Below are positions 51,225 to 63,590 of a DNA stretch of 64,000 nt, one piece after another; the first letter of the stretch is position 1, and the number at the start of each line of letters is the position of its first letter. The DNA is taken from contig NC_043010.1 in NCBI RefSeq assembly GCF_006345805.1, positions 22,134,001 through 22,198,000 on the forward strand, read 5' to 3'. The notes under the pieces are model-generated. The model saw only the letters and a program-made list of their open reading frames with translations. It did no database searches and was not told where the DNA came from. Both the position numbers and the translations under genes were made by a program. The DNA is from Octopus sinensis. Lineage: Eukaryota.

Positions 51225-52700
51225 TATGTATATAAAACTTAGATACGTTTCGACCAAAGATTGGTCCAGGCCATGCCAAACTTAAAGTACCACCTCATAG
51301 GATTATCTAAATCTGTTTAAAGTAAAGTTTTGTGGTATAATGGTCTATTCGAGTAGGAAGTTCTTGTTGAGTGAGTTGTATCCAGATATAAGTGGCTTAT
51401 TTGGTACTCCTTGAAGAAATTTGTCCAGATTCCATTTAAAGGTGATGGGATCCTTTTCCTATTTGATATATTTTGGAACAATGTTAAATAGAACAGGTCC
51501 TGTTGAGGAAAAAAAATTGTGTTGCAGTGTATTAATGTGTTGTAATCCTGAATCGCGTAAGGGCAGTATGGCCCATGGTCCTAGCCTTGGATGAATTTTG
51601 GAGCTAATATTGAGGTTGCTTGGGCAACGCTGGCGGTATAGTCTCCACATCCTGTAAATCCTGTATCGCTCGCGGCGGCGCTACAGAGAGTAGAGTATCA
51701 AGGCATTAAGACGGTTCCAGTAATCGAGATCAGTCATGCCCTTAATTCGTTTAGTGAATGCCCTCTGGGTTGATTCAATTTTCGAGATGTTTTGTTTTGT
51801 ATGGGGAGACCACAGCAGGCAGCAGTATTCGAGGTGTGACTGTACAAATGAGAAGTAAAGTGGAATGATGACATCTTGTTCTCTGGACCGAGAGGTTCTT
51901 AGATCCAGGAGCTCATCCTACGTGCTAAGTTGACTTTATTGTTGATGTGGACACTCCAACGGAGATTGTTATCAATAATTACTCCTAGGTCTCTGATATT
52001 ATTAGATGCTGTGGGAGGTTTCCATAAAGGAAGAGAGTATGGTTGTTTTAACATAATCTTTTTTCCAAAATGCATCAGTTTAAGTTTTCCTTCGTTTCGT
52101 TGCATTTTGTTTTTGTCTGCCCATTGACTCACCAAATATAGATCAGACTGGAGCTGAGTTCGGTTTTCTTCTTCATTGGTGATTTGCTGGAGCTTAGTGT
52201 TATCCGCGAATATTTTCACTTTGCTGTGTTTTACGACGCTGGGAATGTCGTTTATATAGATTATAAAGAGGAGCGGGTCCAAGATAGTCCTCTGGGGGAC
52301 ACCACTGGTGACTTATGCTGGGCTTGAGTGGACCACATCGACCACAACATATATTCTGTTCACCAGAAAATACTCAATCCAGTGTAGAAGTTTTCCACGG
52401 ATTCCAACATTTGCCAATTTTAAGATTAAGATATTATCATCAACTCTGTCGAACGTTTTACTGAAGTCAAGATATATGACATCAGAGTTCGAATCTGTTC
52501 CCAAGGCTCGAAGTATATCCTCAATGTGGTGTAAGAGCTTAGACAGTTCCTGCCACAGCGAAAGCCATGCTGGTTTGAATTTAGGAGTTTCTAGATGTCC
52601 AGGAATCCTGCTATCCTTGATCTTATCATTCCTTCAAACACTTTAATGATATGAGTGAGATTGGAGGATAGTTGACTGCGTGGAATCTGTTTCCCTGTTT
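51225..52700 (-). mobile_element. CR1-clade LINE, 5'-truncated, decayed
   Basis: DVIYLDFSKTFDRVD, PLLFIIYINDIP..VKIFADNTKL, IRDLGVIIDNNL and SHLEYCCLLWSP on the minus strand. Confidence 0.9.
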
Positions 52701-53222
52701 GAAAACCGATAAACATGGAGGTATATAAATGTGTGTATGTGTGTATACACACACACATATGAATATATATATATATTTTTAAATATTTTTAAATATTTTT
52801 AAATGTCTTACTTTGAAAAATTGCATTCGGCGGGATTAGTAATATTTTTGGTAGAAATGACTGATTGTCCCTCTTAGCGTTTGGCATGTATATATAATGC
52901 CTTCTGGCATGTATGTATAATGCCCTCTATATATAAATTAATATGTTCAATAAGAAATAATTATTTTCGAAATTTTTTCTCTTATGAGGTTTTTACGCTA
53001 TCTACCTGACAATTTCTTGTTAAGTTTTCCTTATTAAGTAGTTGTCCTTAATTGCTAAATTTTTATTCCAAAAACTTTTCCTCTCCCGAAATGCAATTCG
53101 TAAAAGTTTGCCATTTACCCGGATGTAATATATGTAAAACTCACCCATGTGCTTCGTTGATGTTGATCAGTTAGCTGATCGGCTTAAGCGGGGCAGGGTC
53201 GTTGTTTATTTATAATACATTC

Positions 53223-53270
53223 AGGCCTGCTGATGATTACGTAAGTATGAAATCATTGTGATACAGGTCT
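53223..53270 (+). ncRNA. Type I hammerhead ribozyme, copy 1
   Basis: Stem I AGGCCTG/CAGGTCT (7 bp, one G.U); core CTGATGA; U.U then stem II TAC-GTAA-GTA; GAAA; stem III ATCA-TTG-TGAT; triplet AUA (cut after 53263). Confidence 0.82.
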
Positions 53271-53690
53271 ATATTTTTAAATGTCTTACTTTGAAAACTT
53301 GCATTCGGTGGATTAGTAATATTTTTGGTAGAAATGACTGATTGTCCTCTTAGCGTTTGGCATGTATGTATAATGCCTTCTGGCATGTATGTATAATGCC
53401 CTCTATATATAAATTAATATGTTCAATAAGAAATAATTATTTTCAAATTTTTTCTCTTATGAGGTTTTTACGCTATCTACCTGACAATTTCTTGTTAAGT
53501 TTTCCTTATTAAGTAGTTTCCTTAATTGCTAAATTTTTATTCCGAAAAAACTTTTCCTCTCCCGAAATGCAATTCGTAAAAGTTTGCCATTTACCGGATG
53601 TAAATATGTAAACACCCATGTGCTTCGTTGATGTGATCAGTTAGCTGATCGGCTTAAGCGGGGCAGGGTCGTTGTTTATTTAAAACATTC

Positions 53691-53735
53691 AGGCCTGCTG
53701 ATGATACGTAAGTGAAATCACTGTGATACAGGTCT
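53691..53735 (+). ncRNA. Type I hammerhead ribozyme, copy 2 (stem II shortened)
   Basis: Same stems I and III (loop CTG) and core as copy 1. Stem II region reads TACGTAAGT. Cut after 53728. Confidence 0.72.
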
Positions 53736-54122
53736 ATATTTTAAATGTCTTACTTTGAAAACTTGCATTCGGTGGGATTAGTAATATTTTTGGTAGAAAT
53801 GACTGATTGTCCCTCTTAGCGTTTGGCATGTATGTATAATGCCTTCTGGCATGTATGTATAATGCCCTCTATATATAAATTAATATGTTCAATAAGAAAT
53901 AATTATTTTCGAAATTTTTTCTCTTATGAGGTTTTTACGCTATCTACCTGACAATTTCTTGTTAAGTTTTCCTTATTAAGTAGTTGTCCTTAATTGCTAA
54001 ATTTTATATATATATAATATAATATATATATATATATGTATATATACACTCATATACATATATATATATACATATACATACGCGCACACACAGACACTAT
54101 GCATATATATATATAAATTTAA

Positions 54123-54324
54123 AGAAGCGATTATAAATTCTCAAACGCAGGATAATGCTAATAATATAGCCTGAACAGGATAAACTACCCTTATTTGGCA
54201 GAAAAAGGTGGTGGAGGCCAGCTATGAGGCCGTCAACACTTTTTTCTGCAAAATAGAGGTAGCTTATCCTGTTCAGGCTATATTATTAGCATTATCCTGC
54301 GTTTGAGAATTTATAATCACTTCT
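54123..54324. mobile_element. Hairpin MITE with TTAA target duplication (Kolobok-like termini)
   Basis: TTAA|AGAAGCGATTATAAATTCTC ... GAGAATTTATAATCACTTCT|TTAA. Inverted arms of ~90 bp, short spacer. Confidence 0.8.
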
Positions 54325-54631
54325 TTAACTTTCTAAGACATCTCAACGCTTCTAAAGCAAACTTCGTTTGTTTTTTTACTTTCATCATAATTTGAATATA
54401 GATATATTTTTTCTTTATTTTCTCACTTTCTTTTCTCTCCTTGCTTCTTTCTGTGTTCGCTTCTGTGGAAGAGCGTAGGCTCGAAACGTTAAAACTAAAG
54501 TGTTAAACTAATACATCTGTTTGTTGTCTACACCACCTGTCTTCGTATTTTGCTTTTGTGTGAATTCTCCCCCTACACATACACACACAAACACACACAT
54601 ATATATGTATATATATATATATATATATATA

Positions 54632-55250
54632 GTTATCAAAAAAGGGGGTCGAATTAATTAATTGTTAATAAATTCGACCAAGCAGTATTCGGTATGTAAA
54701 GACCATTTACGGTATATTTGAAGTTAATTTATAAAAATATGGTAAAGTAAAAGAATTCACTTTACCACACACCGAACTTTTCAGAAATAGCAGCCAAAAA
54801 TTTGGCTATTTCTTCAACTGCAAATAAAAGTCTCCAGACAATGCATACTCAGAAAAATAACTCACATAGGTATAAGGGAAAAACAATGAAAGATCACATC
54901 CATATACGATACCCGAGGACAGTCTGTTTCTGGATTTGTGGGTAAAACGCCACTTTTCCTTCATCAGCTCAGAGATTTCTTCTGATTTAGATTTGAAAAT
55001 ACTAAGAATCAAACATACCCGTCCGATATCTGTAACATCGGACAAACCATGCCAGACACCCAGTACTAGCGAATCCAAAAATACGAATGAGATCTATTAT
55101 TCTCCCTGTCCGCCCACGTGAGTCATAGAGCATTCCATTTCTACAGAGGTAAAAACTGCAGTTCAAATTCTTGGAGAGAAAGCATTATATTGTTATCAAA
55201 AAAGGGGATCGAATTAATTAATTGTTAATAAATTCGACCAAGCAGTATTC
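54632..55250 (-). mobile_element. 560-bp hammerhead-bearing monomer with 59-bp terminal redundancy
   Basis: 54632-54690 recurs at 55192-55250 with one mismatch. (TA)n on both sides. Confidence 0.8.
54912..54973 (-). ncRNA. Type I hammerhead ribozyme
   Basis: Minus strand: stem I TCTGAG/CTCGGG; core CTGATGA; A.A then stem II GGA/TCC with an inner GTGG/CCAC hairpin; GAAA; stem III ACAG-A-CTGT; canonical GUC triplet. Confidence 0.78.
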
Positions 55251-55299
55251 GATATATATATATATATATATATATATAGATAGATAGATAGATAGATAG

Positions 55300-56335
55300 A
55301 TCGAAACAGGGGCAGCTGAAGAGAAGGAATTTTCCTTGTCTTGTATGTCTTGTACTCTGTTTTTTCGTTGTTAAAAAAGTTCGTTTCCATGTTTTGTTTT
55401 TATGTTTTCGTTTCTCGTTATGTTCTACGTTTTATGTGGTGTCCTGTACCCACATATGCATGTATTTACATATAGATATAGGTATGTACATATATGTATG
55501 TATGCATATGTATTATTTATTCAATTTTTATTATATGATTGAACGCCACGCGTCCTCTTCCAAGTAAGTTTTATTTTAATAATTATGACGCGCACTCTTA
55601 ACTCTTTACTTGACCTTTCCTCCCTGCCTGTCTGTCTTCCTCTCTACCTGTCTCTCCCCCTCTCTTATTTTTCATCCTTTCTGGTTTCTTCTCCTCTCCC
55701 TTTCACCGTTCCCTCTCTCTCTCTCACTCCTCCTCCTCCCTCTCGTCGCTGACCAGAGGGCTACTAACTTTCTTTCTGACTACTGCCTTCAACAAGTCAA
55801 CAACGGCTTCTCCTGTTCTCGTAAGCCGATTTTCTCAATGCGTTCAAATGAAATTCTCCACCGTCTAGGCTTAAAAACCCTTATCGTTTCTTTCTCCTTG
55901 TTCTGTCTTTTACTGTTTTAATCTTTATCTGTATTGTTTTTATCTTTATTTGTATTGCTTTTACTGTCCTGTTCTTGTCACCTTTTTACCCCCCACCCCG
56001 CAAAAAATCCCAAATTTTATTTAATTTGATTTGCGGGAAGGATTGTTTCAACGAGGTGTGTCCTGCCCTTGCTTCGAAACACGCAATAAGTCGAAATAGG
56101 GGCAGCTGAAGAAGGGGAATGTTGCTTGTGTTGTATGTCTTGTACTCTGTCTTTTCGTTGTTAAAAAAAGGGCGTTTCCATGTCTTGTTTTTATGTTTTC
56201 GTTTCTCGTTGTGTTCTACGTTTTTTGTGGTGTCCTGTACCAATATATGCATGTATATATATACATATAGATTTAGGTTTGTACATATATGTATGTATGC
56301 ATATGTTTTAATTATTAAATTGTTATATACATATA
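55300..56335 (+). repeat. Two related pLTR-like segments (55300-55575 and 56085-56335); relatives at 19760-19900 (+) and 23950-24030 (-)
   Basis: Shared cgaaa..gggcagctgaaga...gtatgtcttgtactctg...gtggtgtcctgtacc. The gaacgccacgc.tcctcttccaagtaagt motif is shared with 23950-23995. Confidence 0.65.
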
Positions 56336-56695
56336 TATATACATACGAATGTCTTCTTTCAGTCTCCACCTATAAAAATCCACTCACATGGTTTTTGTCA
56401 GCCCAAGGGCTATGCAAGAAGGCCTTTGCTCTAGGACCACGCAATGGGACTAGATCGAAGGCATAATCCCTCAGAAGCAAGCTTCTCAACCGCTAAGTTT
56501 CCCCATAACCATACACGGACAACTGCTTCCAATATACAGGTCTTTGTTAATATATTTGTCTCCTTCGAGCAATCTGCTTACATCTCTCTTTAGGTGTCTA
56601 TCTAAATACATCTCTATATATTTGTGCTAAACTGATAAATCTATTTACGTCTAAATACACACATGCATATAAATAAATAGATATATATGTATATA

Positions 56696-56934
56696 TAGAA
56701 TGGTTGTATACTGTCAATCTAACAAGAACATGACAGTAGGGGGTACACCACCGCTGTATAGCCCTAGGAAGCATCGAACGCCTCCTGATGGCTTTGACAC
56801 ATTTTTCCCTGTGTCCTTATATACATATACGAAGGGGAGACAAACACCCCCGGCTGCCGAAACTGCCGCTATACAGGGGTGGTGTACCCCCTACTGTCAC
56901 GTTCTTGTTAGATTGACAGTATACAACCATTCTA
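56696..56934. mobile_element. MITE with ~67-bp terminal inverted repeats and probable TA target duplication
   Basis: TAGAATGGTTGTATACTGTCAATCTAACAAGAAC... mirrored by ...GTTCTTGTTAGATTGACAGTATACAACCATTCTA. Confidence 0.8.
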
Positions 56935-56985
56935 TCGCCCCACCACTGTACATGTCTCTACGAGAGATTTAGAAATTCAATATTT

Positions 56986-57025
<40 letters not shown>

Positions 57026-58250
57026 CATATACATATATATTCGTATATGTGTATATATATAAATATAAGTGCGTGTGAGCTTGTGCGTGCATGTCTACGT
57101 GAGTGTGTGTGTGTGAATAAATAGATACATGTGTGTACAAAAATATTATGTCTGTGTATATATATAGTTATATATATGAATATATATATATATATACACA
57201 CATATATATATACACACGCATATATACATATACATGTATGTATGTATGTAAGTAAATATATATATATATATATAGGTATATAGGTATGTATGTATGTATG
57301 TGTATTTATATATACACACTGATGTACGCTTATATTTCCATCATTTTTCTTTCATATCATCTTGTTGCCGTTCTGTACATTACACATATATTAATTGTTG
57401 ATTTCATTCGAATACTATGTTATTATATTTATTTCAACGCAATAGCAGCCATAAAACAAATTGCTCTTCTCTCTCTTTTTTTTAAATTTTATTTTATTTT
57501 CCTTACCAAACATATTTTATCGCAGGACACTTACCTTACTCTATCTGTCTCTTTATCAGTTTTGTTCGTATGCATCCCACTAGAACACTACTATTAATTG
57601 TTCAATTTTCTCTATGGCTATTTCAGGGATGGACGAGCAATTTGTTTTGTTCGGAAAAACAAGCAGTGTCTACATAAAATATTTCATATGTTGAGCAAAA
57701 AAATATTTAACTGTTAATCACCAAAACATTATGGTTGTCTATAACGAACTTACACGTCAAGCTATAGCGAACACATACCGGGCTATAAAATAAAGATTAG
57801 GATGAAAATAAATGTAGACCTTGCTCTATAACAATTCGGATATCGATCCGTTGATCTGCTACACAACACTCAACATACGTATACACGTATGTAAGTGTAT
57901 ATATATAAACATAAATACATATGTGTGCGTGGGTCTGGGTGTGTGTGATGTGTGTTTGTGCGTGTTTGTGTTTAGGTCCACGTGTCTTTGTGTGTACGTG
58001 TGTATATATTAATCTGTACTCGAGTATGTGTGTATAGTTATATATACGTACGTATGTATGTATATATATATATATATATATTTATGTTTGTATATATATA
58101 TATATACATATATATACATATACTAATACAACTATATGCATGTGAATATAAACATATATATATATATATATGCATATATATACATATATATATATGTACA
58201 TAAATATACGTATATATACATATATATATATATATATATAATATATATAT

Positions 58251-58323
<73 letters not shown>

Positions 58324-60282
58324 CGAATATAAAGACCATCAAACATGAAATTGACGGATCACCCAATATTTTTTCAGTAGAGTACCATATTTTATTTTCT
58401 TAATAAATATGACAGTTACTTCGACGTGTCGTCTATGTAATTCCTTATGTGTGTATGTGTGTCTGTGTTTGTGTGCGTGCGTGTGTGTATGTGTGTATCT
58501 GCATGTGTGTATATATGCGAATATATATATTTGTATGTGTATGTGTATGCTTACATACGTGTACAGTTATATATTTTCACGTATACGTACATATGAGTAT
58601 AAATTATTAATGTAAATAGCAATGATAAACACCGCTATATGGATATATACGCAGAGTTTGAGATAGATAGGTATATAAAGAGAGACGGATAGAAACAGCA
58701 GGAGGGTGGGGGAAGAGAAAGAGAGAGGGAGAAAGAGAAAGAGAGTGTGTGAAAGAGAGAGAGAGAGAGAGAGAGAGGGAGTGTGGGAGGAAGTACAATT
58801 TAATAGTAGATATCAGACTATAAAGCCATTGATATCTGTCTTGAAAACTATTGATATGGATCTCTTAACAATAGTTCTATGTTATTGTATTGTTATAACT
58901 ATGGTGGTGAGGGTGGCGCGTTCTATTGGTGAACAGCTATCGCACTTTAAGATACATTATTACTGAAATAAAGATATACATCTATAACAAATACACATCT
59001 GTCGTAATAAAGATATCAATCAATAAATACATGAATATATTGATCTACATTCATATATATTTTTATAAGAATTTGCTTTAATGCCTTTCTTTTTTCCTTG
59101 CGTTCTCATGTTTTATTTCTTGCTTCATTTACCGGAAATTTTATTTATGTAATCTGACAGCCATTATGTGAACAACTTACTTAGGTATCGATTGAAACTG
59201 CACAAAGAAGAGGCAACGAAGGGGCTCCTAATTGGCCAATGGACCTGTTAGCAATCACAGATTGCTTTCTTTAAAACCGAGGGACTCTTGTGTAATGCTA
59301 TCTTCTCGCGTCTTTTTGAAGGAAGGTGCGGTCATTTCTTAGATATTTTACGTCATAAAGAAGCCTTTTGATTCGGGCTGACAAGATCAACACAACAAGG
59401 AAATCATTCTAAGACCGGATCCTCTTTCTTGCATATTCGACATGATCGAAGTAAGCAAATACTGCGTTGAAGCCTAAGACTCACAGGGCTGATTATCCGC
59501 TTTCTATCGCATATACGTGACAGAAGGCAAACATTTCCTCTGAACGGGACGTCAATCGAATTCAGTGTTACTGATTTGTAGTTGAACGCACTTGAGCAAG
59601 GTTAAAGGGCATGTTAGAAATACTAGTCAAATTTCCTTCAAGTCACACCAGCCATCACGATCGACCACCGGCTCTATTAACTAAGGGACAGATTTACTCC
59701 TGTGACACATGGGAAGGTTTCCCTTCACCAAATGATACCACATGTGATAAGTGGGCTCCAACAGAACACATATCACTATAAAGTCAGTAAAAAAAAACGT
59801 TTTAGAAATGCAATCATTTTGCCTCTGCCTCACATGCACACACAAGCGAAATTGCTTAAGGTTTCATGGCATTGGATTTACAAAGTTTTATGTTCTTTTG
59901 TTTTCCATAGCACTCCTTTACAATTCTTTATTAATGTTTCCATTGATTATTTATTAGCAGCTTTCTACTCATCTGACCAAACGATTGTCGTTTTCCGATT
60001 CCATACATGTTTATTTGTATTATTGTTTTGTGAATGAATTTGCTTACGCCTTCAATTACCTGTCCAATGTCGTGATTTCAATTTTCGTCTAAGAGAAATT
60101 AGGCATTGTAAAGGAGGCTGGGAAAATCCCCGCTCCCGAGTATTGCCAAGTGCCTCACCTATATATATATACATACATACATATATATATATTTACATGT
60201 GTGTGTGTGTGTGTATGTATATATATGTATATATATGTATGTTTATATATATATATGTATATATATACACATACTTACAAAT

Positions 60283-60315
<33 letters not shown>

Positions 60316-60598
60316 GAATATATATGTATGTATATATGTATGTATGTATACATGTATGTATTATTTGAAATTTATAGAAAAGCAATAACCGAAGACAGGT
60401 GTATGAACAACAAACAAGTGTATTAGTTTGACGCTGGGGAAAGTGAGTAAGCTTTTCAACAAAGAAATTATAGAAAATAACCAGAGAATTTTAAAAAATT
60501 GTTTAGTTAGCAACATACGGAGTGTTAAGCAATGGTGGATGAACAATCCTAGACGTAGAAACATACATACACACTCACACATACACACACACACACGC

Positions 60599-60635
<37 letters not shown>

Positions 60636-60729
60636 TATATACACGTACGTATATGTGAATATATATATACACGTACGTATATGTGAATATATACATGTAT
60701 GTGTTCATGTAAATACATTGTGTGTTTGA

Positions 60730-60780
<51 letters not shown>

Positions 60781-60887
60781 CGGGACCATAGACACAGGCA
60801 TACAGTGTAAGAAAGTGGTGTCGTAGAGATACATTTTCACAGTGAGTACAAGGTTAATACATTTATGCGAATGCATATTAACATCTG

Positions 60888-60990
<103 letters not shown>

Positions 60991-62040
60991 GGTTAAGCGA
61001 TCCATTTGCCGTCAACACCCGCTAAACGGAGTGCTAGGCATGATTTGGTTGATGATGCGTAGACCTGCGCTGAGACTGCGACATATCCGGCGCTTCAAAG
61101 ACGATGGTGAACAGGTGTGGTTGCCGTTTATGCAGCGCGCTTTCCCGCAGGTCGTCTCTCTGGTCGAACTGTAGTCGTAGATCAAACAGAGACCGAGGTT
61201 AGGCGAATGACACCGCAAGTGCCGCAAGTGCCACCTTGCTCTCAAGCAACTCTGCCGTCCGGGACCAAACTTGCGCGACTTCAGTCCCACAAAGACATTC
61301 TATAGAGGATTAGTGGAGGAGAGGTGCGACGACGTTCTCGGGCAGAATCTGGGTGTCGACAAGGAATACCTGACCCGCCTGTTCAGGACAACTTCCGGGT
61401 CGGGACATATGGACAATCACCAGAGGTCACTGGCCTAGCAGTGTTATCGAGAAGCATTACCTGTTCGGGATAAGCTCTACAGGAATGGTTCGAGACACAC
61501 CGGACCGACATGCCCGAGATGCGGTCAGAGCGACGAAACCATTCTCCACGCACTCGTGCAGTGTCCAACCATTTCGGATCTGTGGGCTTATGCCGAACGG
61601 CTGCTGTCACGTGTGGCACGAGTTCGCTTGTCAACCGAGTCTGTCGTGAAAATTGCTCCGCCACTTCCTTTAACCGGGAAGGCAAGGCAGTCTTTATCGT
61701 AGTGGTGACCATGGTGAAAGAATGTGATGGTGGACACGAGCGCGAAAGTTTTGGAGACAAACACTTACCTCTCTGGCCAATTGCTCGCCAACTTTTTCAA
61801 GTACCATTTGAAAAGGAAGGTGAGAATAGAGAGCCAAGTTTTGTCTTGTGAAAGTTTCAATAAAAGTTGGGTGAATCTAACAAAGATGGTGCGTGCAAGT
61901 GACATAAACACTTTGACCATGATCCTGTAAATGGAAAAGAGAGAGAGCACTTTGCTCTCATGTTTATTCCCTCTCTACCTGAGGTTACCGTGGTCTTTCC
62001 CGTAGGCTTTTCCTTCCACGGATAGACATAATTTGTATAT
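60991..62040 (+). mobile_element. L1/Tx1-clade LINE ORF2 3' fragment
   Basis: Translation through stops and frameshifts gives ...REALPVRDKLYR...TCPRCGQSDETILHALVQCP..DLWAYAERLL (zf-RVT CCHC). GC-rich. Abuts (TCTA)n/(TCTG)n. Confidence 0.82.
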
Positions 62041-62045
62041 ATTTA

Positions 62046-62430
62046 TCTCTCTATATATAAACGGCAGTTTGTCTGTGCGTGTTTCTGTGTGTCTGTTTGC
62101 TTGTACCCTCACCCTGACCACGGCTTTCAACCGATTCTGATGAAACTTGACACACACATAGCCCAATGTCATAATTCAAAACTAACGCAGTGAAAATTTT
62201 GAAAAGTTCCTCCAGTTCTGAAAAAAATCGATAAATTCGACATGGGGTCGAGAATCAGAAGCACGAACCACAAACTGTCTAGGGAACGCAACTCCACCTT
62301 TTTTATATCTCAAAAAAAAATTTACCATCATTTTTTTCCATTTTTTTGCTATTTTTTGGCTATAACTCTCTAAAAATGCTTTATAGTTATTTCCCTTACA
62401 AACCCGAGCAACGCCGGGCGATACTGCTAG
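62046..62430 (+). mobile_element. Non-autonomous Helitron-type element
   Basis: A|TC start (TCTCTCTATATATAAA), subterminal hairpin CCCG-AGCAACGC-CGGG at 62403-62418, CTAG|T end. Confidence 0.85.
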
Positions 62431-63329
62431 TTTTGTTATAAACGCAAAACATAACCACGGAAGAATCAACGTAAGCTTCAGTAATGAGCCGCGATAGATG
62501 AACCGCGATATGGCGTGGGATTACTGTACATATATAAACATGTGTGTCTATCTGTACCTGCGTGTATGCTATGCATTATTACGTACATACATATACATCC
62601 TATACATAAATATACATAAACACCTTATGAGACTGAGTCTATAATATCACTGTTATATAAGAAATCAGAAAACACGAAACTCCATTCGCAATCACGATGT
62701 AGTTTCATTCCTTTCCCCCACCTCCAACGCTATCGTCTCCAGACATCTATTTTGGATGAAGCTATATATTAATGGTCTTCGGAAAATATGGATATATTCC
62801 AAATTAATCAATACTGGCAATATTCGGGCCCTTAATGACTCGATCCTGTTCTAATCTTGAGATTAAAGATAATCAATGGTTTTCCTTTGTTTTTTTTATT
62901 TACTTTATGTAAAAGCACTTCTTCTTCTTCTTCTTCTCTTCTTCTTCTTCTTCTTCTTCTTCTTCTTCTTCTTCTTCTTGTTATTATTATTATTATCATT
63001 ATTCCACGCATTTAACATTAGGCTTAAGTGGTAATATACGTTTTAGTATCTTTAATGTCGCTGATAGTAACTTTGTCGTTGTTGTTTATTTATCAATCAC
63101 CTTTGTCATTTCTATGTTGTTGTTGTTGTTGTTGTTATTTATGTTCTACTTAGTGATGGTTATCAAAACTTCTGTCTTTGATAACTGATAATAAAGTAAA
63201 ACAAAACAAAACAAAACAAAAAATATCCGCATCAATAAACGGATACTTAAATTTTTTATAAATTCAACAAGAAAAAAATAATCACCCCCTACTTATACTC
63301 ATACTACAATTCACATTGCAGTAAATGAT

Positions 63330-63336
63330 ATCATCA

Positions 63337-63402
<66 letters not shown>

Positions 63403-63407
63403 TATTA

Positions 63408-63442
<35 letters not shown>

Positions 63443-63590
63443 TATTATTATTATTATTATTATTATTATCATCATTATTATTATTATCATTATTATTATT
63501 ATCATCATTATTATTATCATTGTTGTCGTCGTCGTCGTCCTCCTCCTCCTCCCTGTCATTATCATCATCATCATCATCATCATCATTACT
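63330..63590. repeat. (ATT)n/(ATC)n/(GTC)n microsatellite
   Basis: Direct reading; source of the poly-L/I/S ORF. Confidence 0.95.

Larger units (their letters stand above)
52791..54005 (+). mobile_element. Head-to-tail array of 2.5 non-coding ~465-478-bp units with a hammerhead at each junction (retrozyme-like)
   Basis: AAATGTCTTACTTTG starts at 52801, 53279 and 53743. No ORF in the unit. TA-rich runs on both sides. Confidence 0.85.

Noticed and set aside
51255-51290. GACC/GGTC stem followed by GAAACGTA at the CR1 3' end (minus strand)
   Set aside because: No CUGANGA core upstream; more simply a LINE 3' stem-loop.
55300-56120. CGAAA...CTGAAGA in permuted order as a type II hammerhead
   Set aside because: Only 8-9 nt lie between GAAA and CTGA, too few for stems III and I.
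56780-56880. CTGATGG...GCCGAAAC inside the TA MITE
   Set aside because: The core is CUGAUGG rather than CUGANGA, and stem I does not form.
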